60,025 bases of DNA, taken from positions 124,001 through 184,025 of the forward strand of contig JAXLNO010000096.1 in NCBI GenBank assembly GCA_038087875.1, written 5' to 3'. Positions 24,339 to 36,579 of the stretch are shown in pieces (position 1 is the first letter of the stretch; the number at the start of each line of letters is the position of its first letter). The notes under the pieces are model-generated. The model did no database searches. It was not told where the DNA came from and was given only the letters and a program-made list of their open reading frames with translations. The translations under genes were made by a program, and so were the position numbers. Source of the DNA: Malacoraja senta. Taxonomy: Eukaryota.

Positions 24339-24614
24339 ACTTAATGGTGTCTACAGTAAAATCTCCGTTGCTTGTGTGAACAATGTTACCGTTTTCCTGC
24401 ACATCACACACATACAGCTTCCCATCCTCCACTGTAACGTGTTGAACCATCAGATAGACCGTGTTATCCAGGCGGATCTGATCAGTGTTGCTCCTGTTCT
24501 GCTGGGATGAGTCCATGGGTCTCCAGTGAAGACTGACTGTATCTGAGAGTCTGGAGATGGTGCAGCTGAGTGTGACGTCACTGCCCAGCAGATGCCTCTG
24601 TGGACTTGCCTCAA
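24339..24614 (-). CDS. CD4/LAG-3-like receptor Ig domain 2 (C2-type); donor uncertain (24345 TTAAGT or 24339 GTAAAC)
   Basis: VEASPQRHLLGSDVTLSC...LHW...LMV..V..EDGKLYVC; acceptor TTTTTCACAG. Confidence 0.88.
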
Positions 24615-24999
24615 CTGTGAAAAACAGATCAATGAGATACAGAGTGAGTAGTGGTTTGTACAAGTCCAATGATTGGGCTCAATCTCACCTCAACTTAAAA
24701 CCTAGACCCGCCCCTCATTCTTCTAAACTCCAGCTAGTCCAAGCCCAGAGCCACAAACACTCATCATCCCCTGGGGCATTTTCATAAACGTTAGTTTTAT
24801 GTTGCATTACTTCAGACTGCACTGCAATCTCTGCACCATTCTGCTGTTTTGCTTTTGTTGCATTTTATACCTTTTATTATAATTGACTTTATCTGAACAA
24901 TGAATGTGTTTTACCCAAATGTAAATGACAATGAACTAATATGAATCTAAATCTGAATTTGATATTGTCCAGACTACACAGACATAGTGTTATTGTTCC

Positions 25000-25440
25000 T
25001 CACTTTGGCAGTGTTCACACATTTTGTGTACATAACACTCTTGACACTCATGCTGCATCCTGAGATTATACCAATTCAAGTGTTTCAGAGGTTTGTACAT
25101 TAGATTTAGCTCGGCGGGGACTGGTGGCAGAAGGTCCATGGACTGTAGTTCTATTCCACAATGCCTTTGCTTTGTCTGCACTGATCTTCAGTGTGTCCCT
25201 CAGCACGTACTCCTGCAGCCTAGAATATTCTGCAATGGAGATTTCCCTGGGGAAAACATGAAGATCAAAGTAGTTGGATCCAACCTCATTCACTGTATCT
25301 CGGCAAACGTTAGAGCAATGAACAAATCCCAATCCCTTTACACCTGTGGAGAATTATCTACAGGAGGCAAAGGCCTTGTTCATCCTCGGCTAAAGCTCCC
25401 AAGCTGTTGGAATGGTTCTGAGTGGCACCAACTTTTAGAA
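25000..25440 (-). mobile_element. Old Tx1/L1-type LINE ORF2 C-terminal remnant
   Basis: SRLQEYVLRDTLKISADKAKALWNRTTV resembles Tx1-like ORF2 termini as I recall them. Confidence 0.55.
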
Positions 25441-26152
25441 GTAAACACATTTATTAATATTGAATATTTCATTTTTTAAATCATGAAAGAGTCTTATTCT
25501 ACAATAACGATTAGTTTTGATTCCTGAAGAGTCTCCACCCCTGCAGGCACCGGATCCGGGAGCAGTTTTCCCAGTGCCAGTGTCAGGGAATATCAGCATA
25601 TTCCTGCTCCAGTCCCAGAAGTGAAGGGGAGCGCTGGCAGATTCACCACAAGAACTGTCAGCAAGTTGTGGAATTCCTCGTTGTGAAACGCATGGGTGGA
25701 AGTCCTGAAGCTGTTCATATTCACACAGGTAAATGCCGGCTGTTCACCGTGACACTGCTGGTGCAACCGGCAACACTCTGACCAGTGAATGCAAACAACG
25801 TTTAGATGTAACTGGATTGATACGTTTGTCCATTTGTCCCTGTCATGTCTCCCCCGACCGCCCTCAAGGTGGGAACTCTCCCACCAGTGTAAGTTCCACA
25901 GATGAAGGACTTCCTCTGGGATCTCAACCAAGTGAGGCATGGACCTGGTTCACTGGGTAACATTGAGCAGCAGTGTCACTCGACAATCTCACCCCAGGCC
26001 CACAGAATCAATGAAGACAAATCTTTCCCCCAATTGTTTCATTGGGAGATTCATCGGGTGGAAGAAGTCTCACAATTCCCGCCATATTTCATCATTACAC
26101 GTGACATTATTTACAAAGAAACATATTGTTGATCCGTGTCTCGCCCACTCAC

Positions 26153-26488
26153 CTTTGATCCCATATATTTCATATCGTTCCAGGATCTGGTTCCTCGGCT
26201 GTGTTTTGGTCAAAGTGAACAAACCTGACCATTTAAATCTGTGTTTTTTTATTGCCAGATTAACAGTACGGTGTTCCACATCCACCTCCTGGTACTTGTC
26301 TGCGTTTTCCCAGCCATGGCCCCACTGTTTGCTCCACACGCCCTTGCTCTGGACGCGGAGAGTTACCACTGTCTGTTTTCCCGGCCCTGAGTGTGGTTCC
26401 CATTCCCAGACAACACTCCCAGGATTGTCCGGTCCTTTTAACACAATATCGCCTCCATCATCCAAGAAATAAATCTCATTTCTGATTT
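26153..26488 (-). CDS. CD4/LAG-3-like receptor Ig domain 1 (V-like, no cysteines)
   Basis: EIRNEIYFLDDGGDIVLKGP...VVWEW...VNLAIKK...SGLFTL...YEIYGIK; acceptor TTTCCAACAG, donor GTGAGT, 336 nt phase 1-1; joins in frame to D2. Confidence 0.85.
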
Positions 26489-26806
26489 CTGTTGGAAATA
26501 GGAAAAATGTAGGAATTAACATTTTAAGCACATTTCTTCCACTCCATGTCTGTGATTATTAATTTTGAATTTCATTTATTTCCAGAATGTTTTGATCTCC
26601 CACAGAACCTCCAGTGAGATGGACACAGTATGTGAATAGATGGCTGGCTGGAATAACCTGGCCTGATCCAGGGATACTTCATGACATGAGAAGAGTGAGT
26701 GGGAGAAAGACGGAGGTGGAAGGGCGTTTGTGTCGGGTCTCCAGCCGGTGTTCCCTGTGACGGGGTTTCCTGATGTGGGTGGAGATCAGGCCGATCCTGT
26801 ACACAC

Positions 26807-26833
26807 CGCATCCCCGGCCCTTGTCGGACAGAC
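26807..26833 (-). CDS. Candidate 27-nt second leader mini-exon (xLSDKGRGC)
   Basis: Acceptor TTTATTCTGTTCCAG, donor G|GTGTGT, phase 1-1, about 320 bp upstream of D1. Confidence 0.3.
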
Positions 26834-26891
26834 CTGGAACAGAATAAACATGCTCCTGCCTTCCTGCCTGCTCCTCATTCCACAGTGATTT

Positions 26892-29070
26892 ACAACATAG
26901 AACAGTTCAGAACAGGAACAAGCCCCTCGGCCCACAAGGTCTATGTCGAGCATAATGCCACGACCAACTCTTATCTGCCTACACATAATCCATATCTCTC
27001 CATTCCCTGCATGTCCATGTGCCTATCCAAAAGTTTCTTAAATCCCATTCACACATCTCCCTCCATCACCACCAGCAGCATGTTCCAGCCACTCACCACT
27101 GTAAAATACTTGTCCTTCACATCTCCTTCACACTTTGCCTCTCTCACCTAAAAGCCCCCCATGCCCTCTTGTATTTGATATTTCCATCCTGGGGAAAAGA
27201 TTCTGACTGTCTACATTGACCTTGCCGCTCATAATTTGGTAGAATTCTATCAAGCCTCACTTCAATGTCAAACATTCCGGAGAAAACAATCCAAGTCTAT
27301 TCAACCTCTCGCTGTAGCTAATATCCAGTAACACAGGCATAATTCTTGTAAACCTTCTCAGCCCTGTCTCCAAAGCCTCTGCATCTTTTTGGGGCATCCA
27401 GAAGTGCATGTAATGCTTGAAATCCGGCCTAACCAAAGTCCTACAAAGCTGCATCACATCCTGACTTCCTGACTCTTATAACCAATGATCCAACCAAAGG
27501 CACGCCATCTGCCTTCTTTGCCACTCTATCTACCTGTATTAGCATTTTCAGAGAGTTCGGGACTTGGATCCCAAGATCCCTCTGTACATCAATGCTGTTA
27601 AGTGCCTTGCCGTTAATTGTATATCTTCCCCTTATATTCAACCTCCCAAAGTGCAACACCTCACAGATGCTTGGATTAAACTTGATCTGTCATTTGTCCA
27701 CCCATTTCTGCAGCTGGTCTATATCCCATTCATTACTTTACAACATACTTTGATACTTTGACAGCATTGTTCACAGTGCAGCAATCTTGTTCTCATCTGC
27801 AAATGTACTAACCAACCCATCTACATTTAAATTCATTGTATAAATCATGACCGACAGTGGTCCTGGCAGAGATCCATATAGAACTCCACTGGTCACAGAT
27901 TTCCTGCCTGAATATTGCCATTTCCTCTGTTTTCTAGTCTGCCCATTGTGAATCCTGACAAATAATTCAATGTTAATCCCATGCTTATTAATCTTCAGCA
28001 TTAGTCTATCATGGGGAACTTTACCAAGTGCCTTACTAAAATCACTGTAGACAATGCCACGTAAAAGTCATGCCTACTGTCTTTAATCCCCTCATCTATT
28101 TTGTTCCAAATGGGAGTCAATTCTATCCCAAAGAATCCTTTTCAAATGTTTCCTACCGTTGACACGTGACTCGTAGTTCTTTAATTCGCTGAATTCTCTC
28201 TCTAAACAAATAAACCATTTTAACTCCCATTCCCAAACTGATCTTTCTGTCCTTGGCCTCCTCCATTGCCAGTGAGGCCACATGCAAACTGAAGAAATCT
28301 CACTTCATATTTCTCTTGGGTATCTGACAACCTAATGGTATGAACATTGAATTCTTGACTTTCAGGCAACAAATCCCCAAACAATCCACCCCACCTTTTT
28401 ACTGACATATTTTATTTTATTTCATTTTTTTCCTTTTCCCTTGCTCCTCTCATCCCTGGAGTTATCTAACACCTCACCTACATCTCCTAACTCCAGTTTC
28501 AGTTTCCTTAATTTATCCTTGTTTACCTTCTCCTTGTCTACCGTCTTGATTTTAATGTAAGTATAAGAAGCCTTGGAACTTTCTTTACTCCAAATCGCCA
28601 CAGCCATTTTGTGGCCTATTTTCTCCCTTCTAATCGCCCGCTTGAGTTCTTTCCTCCTTGCTTTATATTCCTCAATGGCCCTCTCTGCTACCATATTCTT
28701 GAACCTTGCATGTGTTTCCTTTCTATTTTGACCAAATTTACACATTTATTTGGTCATCGCAGGTACCCTTACTTTGCCAGCCTTATCTCTCCTCCTTACT
28801 GAAACTTGCCGGTCATGAGTTTGGATCAACTGACCTTCAGACAATTCTCAATGTCAGACTTGGAGTAACTTAATAACAACTGTTCTGAGTGTACCTTACC
28901 AAGCTCCTGCCTAATAAGGGTGTTATTTGCCTTACTCAAATTAATGTCTTGTCGCACAGAACAGACTTATCCAATCTTAAAACTTATGGAGTTGTATTCA
29001 CTGTCTCCAAAATACTCTTTCACTAAAACATCAGTCACTTGGCCAGACTCATTTCCCAACACAAGGTCCA
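26892..29070 (-). mobile_element. Old degenerate CR1 LINE (ORF2) with a nested Penelope fragment
   Basis: Decayed TLVRP..HY..FW, QRDLGIQV, VTSGV..GS..GP and FADE.KI motifs. Confidence 0.8.
28213..28366 (+). mobile_element. Penelope-like element GIY-YIG C-terminal fragment
   Basis: HFNSHSQTDLSVLGLLHC...G..QPNGMNIEF pattern; a similar fragment is at about 22270-22500 (minus). Confidence 0.65.
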
Positions 29071-29186
29071 TTTTGGATTCAGAGCAATGGTGAAGGCTGC
29101 ATTAAGAGCTTTTATGCAATTCAACCACAATGATTCGTCTATTTTGATCTCTGGGCTGTTTTACTTCCTGATTTTTTCTCAACTAA

Positions 29187-31460
29187 GGGAAGTGGGAGGC
29201 AACCGTGGCTGACAAGTGAAGTTAGGGATAGAATAAAACTAAAAGAAAAGATGTATAACACAGCAAAGAGTATCCGGAAGCCAGAGGATTGGGAAACTTT
29301 CATAGGACAACAGAAGGAAACAAAACGGGCTATACGGGCTGAAAAGATGAAGTACGAAGGGAAGCTGGCCAGGAATATAAAGAAGGACAGTAAAAGCTTC
29401 TTTAGATATGTTAAGGGAGAAATAATAGCAAAGTCAAATGTGGTCCCTTGAAGGCAGACGTGGGTGAAATTATTATGGGCAACAAGGAAATGGCAGAAGA
29501 GTTGAACAGGTACTCCCGATCTGTCTTCACTAAGGAAGACACAAACAATCTCCCAGATGTACTGGAGGACAGAGGATCTAAGGGGGTAGAGGAAGTGAAA
29601 GAAATTTTCATTAGGTGAGAAATAGTAATGGGTAGGCTAATGACTGAAGGATGATAAATCCCCTGGTCCTGATGGTCTGCATCCCAGGGTCCTCATGGAG
29701 GTGGGTCTAGAAATAGTGGACGCATTGGTGATCATTTTCCAATGTTCAATAGATTCAGGATCAGTTCCTGTGGATTGGACGATAGCTAATGTCATCCCAC
29801 TTTTCAAGAAAGGAGCAAGACAGAAAACAGGGAATTATAGACCAGTTAGCCTAACATCGGTGGTGGGGAAGATGCTGGAGTCAATTATAAAAGATGAATT
29901 AGCCGCACATTTGGATAGCAGTAACAGGATCGGTCCGAGTTAGCATGGATTTACGAAGGGGAAATCATGCTTGACCAATCTTCTGGAATTTTTTTAAGAT
30001 GTAACTAGGAAAATGGACAAGGGAGAGCCAGTGGATGTAGTGTACCTGGACTTTCAGAAAGCATTTGATAAGGTCCCACATAGGAGATTGGTGGGCAAAA
30101 TTAAGCAAATGGTATTGGGGGTAGAGTGCTGACATGGATAGAGAAGTGATTGGCAGAGGAAACAAAGAGTAGGGATTAATGGGTCCCTTTCAGAATGGCA
30201 GGCAGTGACTAGTGGGGTACGGCAAGGCTCGGTCTGGTACCGCAGCTATTTACAATATACATCAATGATTTGGATGAAGAGATTCAAAGTAACATTAGCA
30301 AATTTGCAGATGACACAAAGCTGGGTGGCAGTGTGAAATGTGAGGAGGATGCAATGAGAATGCAGGGTGACTTGGACAGGTTGGGGGAGTGGGCAGATGC
30401 ATGGCAGATGAAGTTTAATGTGGATAAATGTGAGGTTATCCACTTTGGTAGCAAAAACAGGAAGGCAGATTGCTATCTAAATGGTGTCAAGTTGGGAAAA
30501 GGGGAAGTACAACGGATCTGGGGGTCTTTGTTCATCAGTCTATGAAAGTAAGCATGCAGGTACAGCAGGCAGTGAAGAAAGCAAATGGCATGTTGGCCTT
30601 TATAACAAGAAGAATCGAATATAGGAGCAAAGAGGGCCTTCTGCATTTGTATAGAGCCCCAGTGAGACCACACCTGGGGTATTGTGTGCAGTTTTGGTCC
30701 CCTAATTTGAGGAAGGACATTCTTGCTATTGAGGGAGTGCAGCGTACGTTTACAAGGTTAATTCCCGGGATGGCGGGACTATCATATGCTGAGAGAATGG
30801 AGCAGCTGGGCTTGTATACTCTGTAGTTTAGAAGGATGAGGGGATAACTCATTGAAACATATAAGTTTGTTAAGGGTTTGGACACGCTAGAGGCAGGAAA
30901 CATGTTCCAGATGTTGGGGGTCCAGAACCAGGGACCGCGGTTTAAGAATAAGAAGTGAGCCATTTAGAATGGAGATGAGGAAACACTTTTTCTCACAGAG
31001 CGTGGTGAGTCTGTGGAAGTCTCTGCCTCAGAGGGCGGTTGACGCAGGTTCTCTGGATGCTTTCAAGAGAGAGCTAGATAGTGTCTCTGGAATTCTCTGC
31101 CACAGAATGTAGTTCAGGCCAGTTCATTGGCTATATTTAAGAGGGAGTTAGATGTGGCCCTTGTGGCTAAAGGGATCAGGGGGTATGGAGAGGAAGCAGG
31201 TACAGGATACTGAGTTGGATGATCAGCCATGATCATATTGAATGGCTGTGGAGGCTCGAAGGGCAGAATGGCCTACTCCTGCACCTATTTTCTATGTTTC
31301 TATGGGGCTCTTAAAAATAGCGGAGTCAGTGGATATGGGGAGAAGGCAGGAACGGGCTATTGATTGGGGATGATCAGCCATGATCACATTGAATGGCGGT
31401 GCTGGCTCGAAGGCCGAATGGCCTACTCCTGCACCTATTGTCTATTGTCTATTGTCTATT
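29187..31460 (+). mobile_element. CR1 LINE ORF2 3' part, with a nested second CR1 3' end (31080-31303)
   Basis: [45 protein letters not shown]; two tails (TTTCTATG and CTATTGT). Confidence 0.92.
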
Positions 31461-31896
31461 GACTGAGATCATCTGGAAATCTCTTTGCATCCTCTTTGCT
31501 TCTCCTAATTACTCTCAGTTTCATGTCATCAAACTTAGAAATATTAAATTTACTTCTTTGTCAAAATCATTAATGTACATTGAAAATAACAGGCTCAAGC
31601 AATGGTTTCAATGATGGCTCATTAGTCACCATGTGCCACCCAAAAGAAGTCTCGGTTCCTAGCCTGCTAAAGAATTTTCAATCCATCCCAGTTGAACATT
31701 GCCAAATCCACATATTTTAATATTCCTTGTTGATCTTTTATGCATGGCTTTATCAAAGACCTTCTGAAAATTCAACACATCCACTTCTTCTCCCTGAAGC
31801 AAAAAAACCAAAACAAGTTCCTGGAGGAACTCAGCGACTCAGGCAGCATCTGTGGAGGAAAATGATTCATCCAACAATTTCTTTATTTTCAAGATC

Positions 31897-33303
31897 ATAG
31901 ATACATAGATACATGGAAAATAGGTGCAGGAGTAGGCCATTCGGCCCTTCGAGCCTGCACCGCCATTCAATATGATCATGGCTGATCATCCAACTCAGTA
32001 TCCCATACCTGCCTTCTCTCCATAGCCCCTGATCCCCTTAACCACAAGGGCCACATCTAACTCCCTCTTAAATATAGCCAATGAACTGGCCTCAACTACC
32101 CTCTGTGGCAGAGAGTTTCAGAGATTCACCACTCTCTGTGTGAAAAAGTTGTTCCTCATCTCGGTCTTAAAGGATTTCCCCCTTATCCTTAAACTGTGAC
32201 CCCTTGTCCTGGACTTCCCCAACATCGGGAACAATCTTCCTGCATCTAGCCTGTCCAACCCCATAAGAATTTTGTACGTTTCTATAAGATCCCCTCTCAA
32301 TCTCCTAAATTCTAGCGAGTATAAGCCAAGTCTATCCAGTCTTTCTTCATATGAAAGTCATGACATCCCAGGAATCAGTCTGGTGAACCTTCTCTGCACT
32401 CCCTCTATGGCTATAATGTCCTTCCTCAGATTTGGAGACCAAAACTGTACGCAATACTCCAGGTGTGGTCTCACCAAGACCCCGTACAACTGCAGTAGAA
32501 CCTCCCTGCTCCTATACTCAAATCCTCTTGCTATGAAAGCCAACATACCATTCGCTTTCTTCACTGCCTGCTGCACCTGCATGCCTACTTTCAATGACTG
32601 GTGTACCATGACACCCAGGTCTCGCTGCATCTCCCCATTTCCTAATCGGCCACCATTTAGATAATAGTCTGCCTTCTCGTTTTTGCCACCAAAGTGGATA
32701 ACCTCACATTTATCCACATTATACTGCATCTGCCAAACATTTGCCCACTCACCCAGCCTATCCAAGTCACCTTGCAGTCTCCTAGCATCCTCCTCACAGC
32801 TAACACTGCCCCCCAGCTTAGTGTCATCCGCAAACTTGGAGATGTTGCTTTCAATTCCCTCATCCAGCTCATTAATATAAATTGTAAATTGCTGGGGTCC
32901 CAGCACTGAGCCTTGCGGTACCCCACTAGTCACTGCCTGCCATTGTGAAAAGGACCCGTTTACTCCTACTCTTTGCTTCCTGTTTGCCAGCCAGTTCTCT
33001 ATCCACATCAATACTGAACCCCCAATACTGTGTGATTTAAGTTTGTATCCTAATCTCTTATGTGGTACCTTGTCGAAAGCTTTCTGAAAGTCCAGATACA
33101 ACACATCCAATGGTTCTCCCCTATCAACTCTACTAGTTACATCCTCGAAAAATTCTATAAGATTCGTCAGACACGATTTACCTTTCGTAAATCCATGCTG
33201 ACTTTGTCCAATGATGTCACCACTTTCCAAATGTGCTGCTATCCCATCTTTAATAACTGCCTCTAGCAGTTTCCCCACTACCGATGTCAGACTAACTGGT
33301 CTA
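31897..33303 (-). mobile_element. CR1 LINE, 5'-truncated, RT largely intact
   Basis: 306-aa ORF with [24 protein letters not shown] and FADDTKL. Confidence 0.95.
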
Positions 33304-33305
33304 AC

Positions 33306-33369
33306 TGATCAAAACATTGTTTTGGAAAACAGAAACAACAAACAAGGTTATATATTGCAATCTTTTCAT
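33306..33369 (-). CDS. Candidate signal-peptide exon (MKRLQYITLFVVSVFQNNVLI) for the Ig receptor
   Basis: Basic N-terminus plus hydrophobic core; a weak phase-1 donor A|GTTAGA lies right at the CR1 junction. Confidence 0.25.
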
Positions 33370-33401
33370 ACAGCAGGTAGGAAACAGGAGATTTGAATTG
33401 T

Positions 33402-35428
33402 GGGAAAGAATAAAGTGCATTTGAATAGTCAAGAGAAACACCGCTATTTTAGATTTTAATCAGTCGGATGTAGCAAAAATATTGAAATTTGTTCCCTTTT
33501 TAGTGAAGACACCATCATTGTAATAGGAGAACACATTTCACAATATCATTTGAAGAAGTACATCAGTTTTCCAAACTACATTTCAATCATTTAATCCCGT
33601 TCATTTAATCCACTATTACCAATGAAGAATAATGTCTGAAGTTTACTGACCTTCTGCAGAGGAACTTGTGTGGAATTCTGGAGAAGCAGCAACGTGGCTT
33701 TGAGCCCAGCACAGGACAAGCTGAGGTTCCCTCACACTGCACAGTAACTGACACTGCCTCTTGTCAAACTAAATGACACTCTCCCTCCAGCTCGGGTTTC
33801 CGGCACCACTGGTGTTGTTACAAATGGGTTCAGATATAGAATTATACAACAAATAAAGATTCCATCTGGAATCGAACTTGCACCTTTGGGAATTTGAACA
33901 TTTCGAATGGATCTCAAATGGGAGAGCTCCAGGTGCTTTGCCGCATCCTGCTGGGCCTGATGTTCGACGAGAGAGTACATGCAATCCAGGGAGGTCCTGC
34001 CATTTCATGAGGAAAAAACCTCCATAGAGTGTTGTGTTCATTAAACATGCTGGCAATTCCATTGCACCCATTAGGATAAACTGAACCATTCCCGGAGAGA
34101 GGATTGGATCCTGGTGAAAGAACATACTGTTTCCTCACTTGCCTCTTCATGGGAAGGAGCCCACAGATTTCACCATGGCAAGCTTTCACTGTCCTAATGA
34201 ATGCCCACCATTATTGGTCAGCTGAGCAAAATCTCGAATGACATTAAAAGAAGCAAGAGTACAGAGTGTACACTGGGTGTGGACCTCAGCATTCATCATT
34301 GGGAGGGGATTGGTCACACGACCACTCACTGAGATGGCCAAACCCTGAAGGATGTGTCTGCCGGGCTCTTTCTACAGCAGGTAGAGAATGAGCCAACACA
34401 AGGGATTGACCTACTTGATCTCCTCCTCTCCTGTCCACCTGCAACAGGTGAATCTGTTGACCATGGCTTTGGCAGAAATCAGAAGACCATTGCACACTCA
34501 TTGAGGACAATGTTTTGTCATTACACCAAAGTCATCCCATATTGCTCTGGCTGGCACAACAGTTTTTGATGTCATCTTCCCAAAGGAGCTGCAGAGGCTG
34601 AGACATTGACTATGTTCAAGGAAGAGGATGATTGACTATAAACTCAACAGAAGTCAGGAGACGTGGGAAAAGTGGGAAGGTGGTGTTGAGACCAATATTG
34701 GATCAGCTGTATGGGCCTGAAAAATTGTGCTCCCTCAGACTTTATTCCTTGGAGTGCAGGAGGCTGAGATAGTTGAATTATTGAGGGGAATAGATAGGCT
34801 GAATGAACAGAGCCTTTTATCCAGTGTGGGGTTATCAAGAACCAGAGGACACGGGTTTGAGGTGAGATGATAAGGTTTAATATGAACACAAAGGGCATCC
34901 TTTACATTTAAAGGATAAAGGATTCAAACAAGAGGAGTTGAGTATAGAAGCAAAGAGGTCCTTCTGCAGTTGTACAGGGCCCTAGTGAGACCACACCTGG
35001 AGTATTGTGCGCAGTTTTGGTCCCCTAATATGAGGAAGGACATTCTTGCTATTGAGGGAGTGCAGCGTAGGTTTACAAGGTTAATTCCCGGGATGACGGG
35101 ACTGTCATATGCTGAGAGAATGGAGCGGCTGGTCTTGTATACTCTGGAATTTAGAAGGATGAGAGGGTATCTTATTGAAACATATAAGATTATAAAGGGT
35201 TTGGACACACTAGAGGCAGGACATTTGTTCCTGATGTTGGGAGAGTCCAGAACCAGGGACCACAGTTTAAGAATAAGGGGCAAGCCATTTGGAACGGATA
35301 TGAGGAAAAACTTTTTCACACAGGGTTGTGAGTGTGGAATTCTCTGCCTCAGAGCGTTGTGGGGGTCGGTTCGCTGGATGCTTTCAAGAGAGAGCTAGAT
35401 AGGGCTCTTGAAGATAGTAGAGTCAGGG
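33402..35428 (+). repeat. Segmental duplication copy A (unique DNA, old LINE endonuclease remnant and CR1 3' part); copy B at 49902-51930
   Basis: Near-identical colinear sequence over about 2 kb. The old LINE EN remnant reads LQQVENEPTQG.D.LDLLL. Confidence 0.92.
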
Positions 35429-36570
35429 CAGGGCCGACCTTAAGCCGATTGGACCGATTTCTCCCAATTGGGGCCCGCGCCTAAGGGGAGCCCCGCGTTA
35501 ATTTTCCGTATTTCGTACGGAAATACATATTCGCTTTGTTAAATAAAGATTTTTTTTTAACATTCGCCATACGGATTTTTTTACAAAACGAACATGGATA
35601 ACAACCGCTGCACGGCCGTCAGACACAAACGATTTGTGAACTATTATTGTAGCACTTGTTAACAGCCAGTAGTTAGCAAGTAGTTATACAATGTGTCATC
35701 AATGCATGGACCTACTGACCCACATTGTGTCTCTCTGTCTTTCGATCTCTCCCTCCCTCTCTCTCTCGCGCGCTCTCTCTCTCCCGCTCCCCATCTCGTC
35801 TCTCTCCAGCTCTCTCGGCATTCCCGGAATCATTGACGTTTTGCAGTAGACAAAAATGCTGGAGAAACTCAGCGGGTGAGGCAGCATCTATGGAGCAAAG
35901 GAAATAGGCATCGTTTCGGGTCGAAACCCTTCTTCAGACCTGGTCCGAAACGTTGGCTATTTCCTTCGCTACATAGTTGCTGCCTCACCCGCTGAGTTTC
36001 TCCAGCATTTTTGTCTACCTTCGATTTTCCAGCATCTGCAGTTCCTTCTTAGACGTTTTGCAGTGACGGCTGCATCTGCGGTTCCTTTCTGTTCGGGGGG
36101 GTGGGGAGAGTCCTGGCCCGTGGCGGCTCCTGATCAGTGATCTGTTCCCTCCGCGGGTGCTGCCTTGCCCGCTGAGTTCCTCCAGCACTCTGTGTTTTTT
36201 GTTTGGCTCTGAAGTTGAAGGTGGTCCCCCCTGTGTCTACCTTCAACTCCCTGTCTGTGGTGGCTCAGCGGGACGGGTAGGGGCTCTGGGGAGAGGGTTG
36301 CGTTTCTGGTCGAAACCCTTCGTTAGACAATCACAAGTACTCTCACCGACAAGAGTTCAGTTCAGTCTGAAGAAGGGGGGTCTTCTCTCCAGAGTCGCTG
36401 CGCTGCCTGTCCTGCTGAGCTACTCCAGCTTTTGTCTGTCTTCAATATCAGTGTTAGATAAAATTTCTCATGGGGGGGCTTATAGCGACTACACCCCCCC
36501 CCCTTCCTGCCCAACCTCAGCCTCACGGACCTTAGCGTATCCCCAGTCCTAAAACCCATTTCCATCACTG
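35429..36570. mobile_element. Composite hAT-like non-autonomous DNA transposon remnants with nested palindromic repeats
   Basis: Starts CAGGGCCGACC exactly where similarity to copy B stops; the right side ends ...TTCCATCACTG (CAGTG terminus on minus). Confidence 0.45.
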
Positions 36571-36579
36571 ATTGCAATA

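Noticed and set aside
14982..26488. Naming the gene CD4 or LAG3
   Set aside because: The tail lacks CxC/CxH and the LAG-3 FxxL/EP features, D1 is not split by an intron, and no synteny is visible, so orthology cannot be claimed.
33732..33790. 'GSVSYCAV' resembling a TCR/Ig V-segment end
   Set aside because: No upstream V framework (C, W, DxAxY) and no CACAGTG heptamer/nonamer RSS; followed by a stop.
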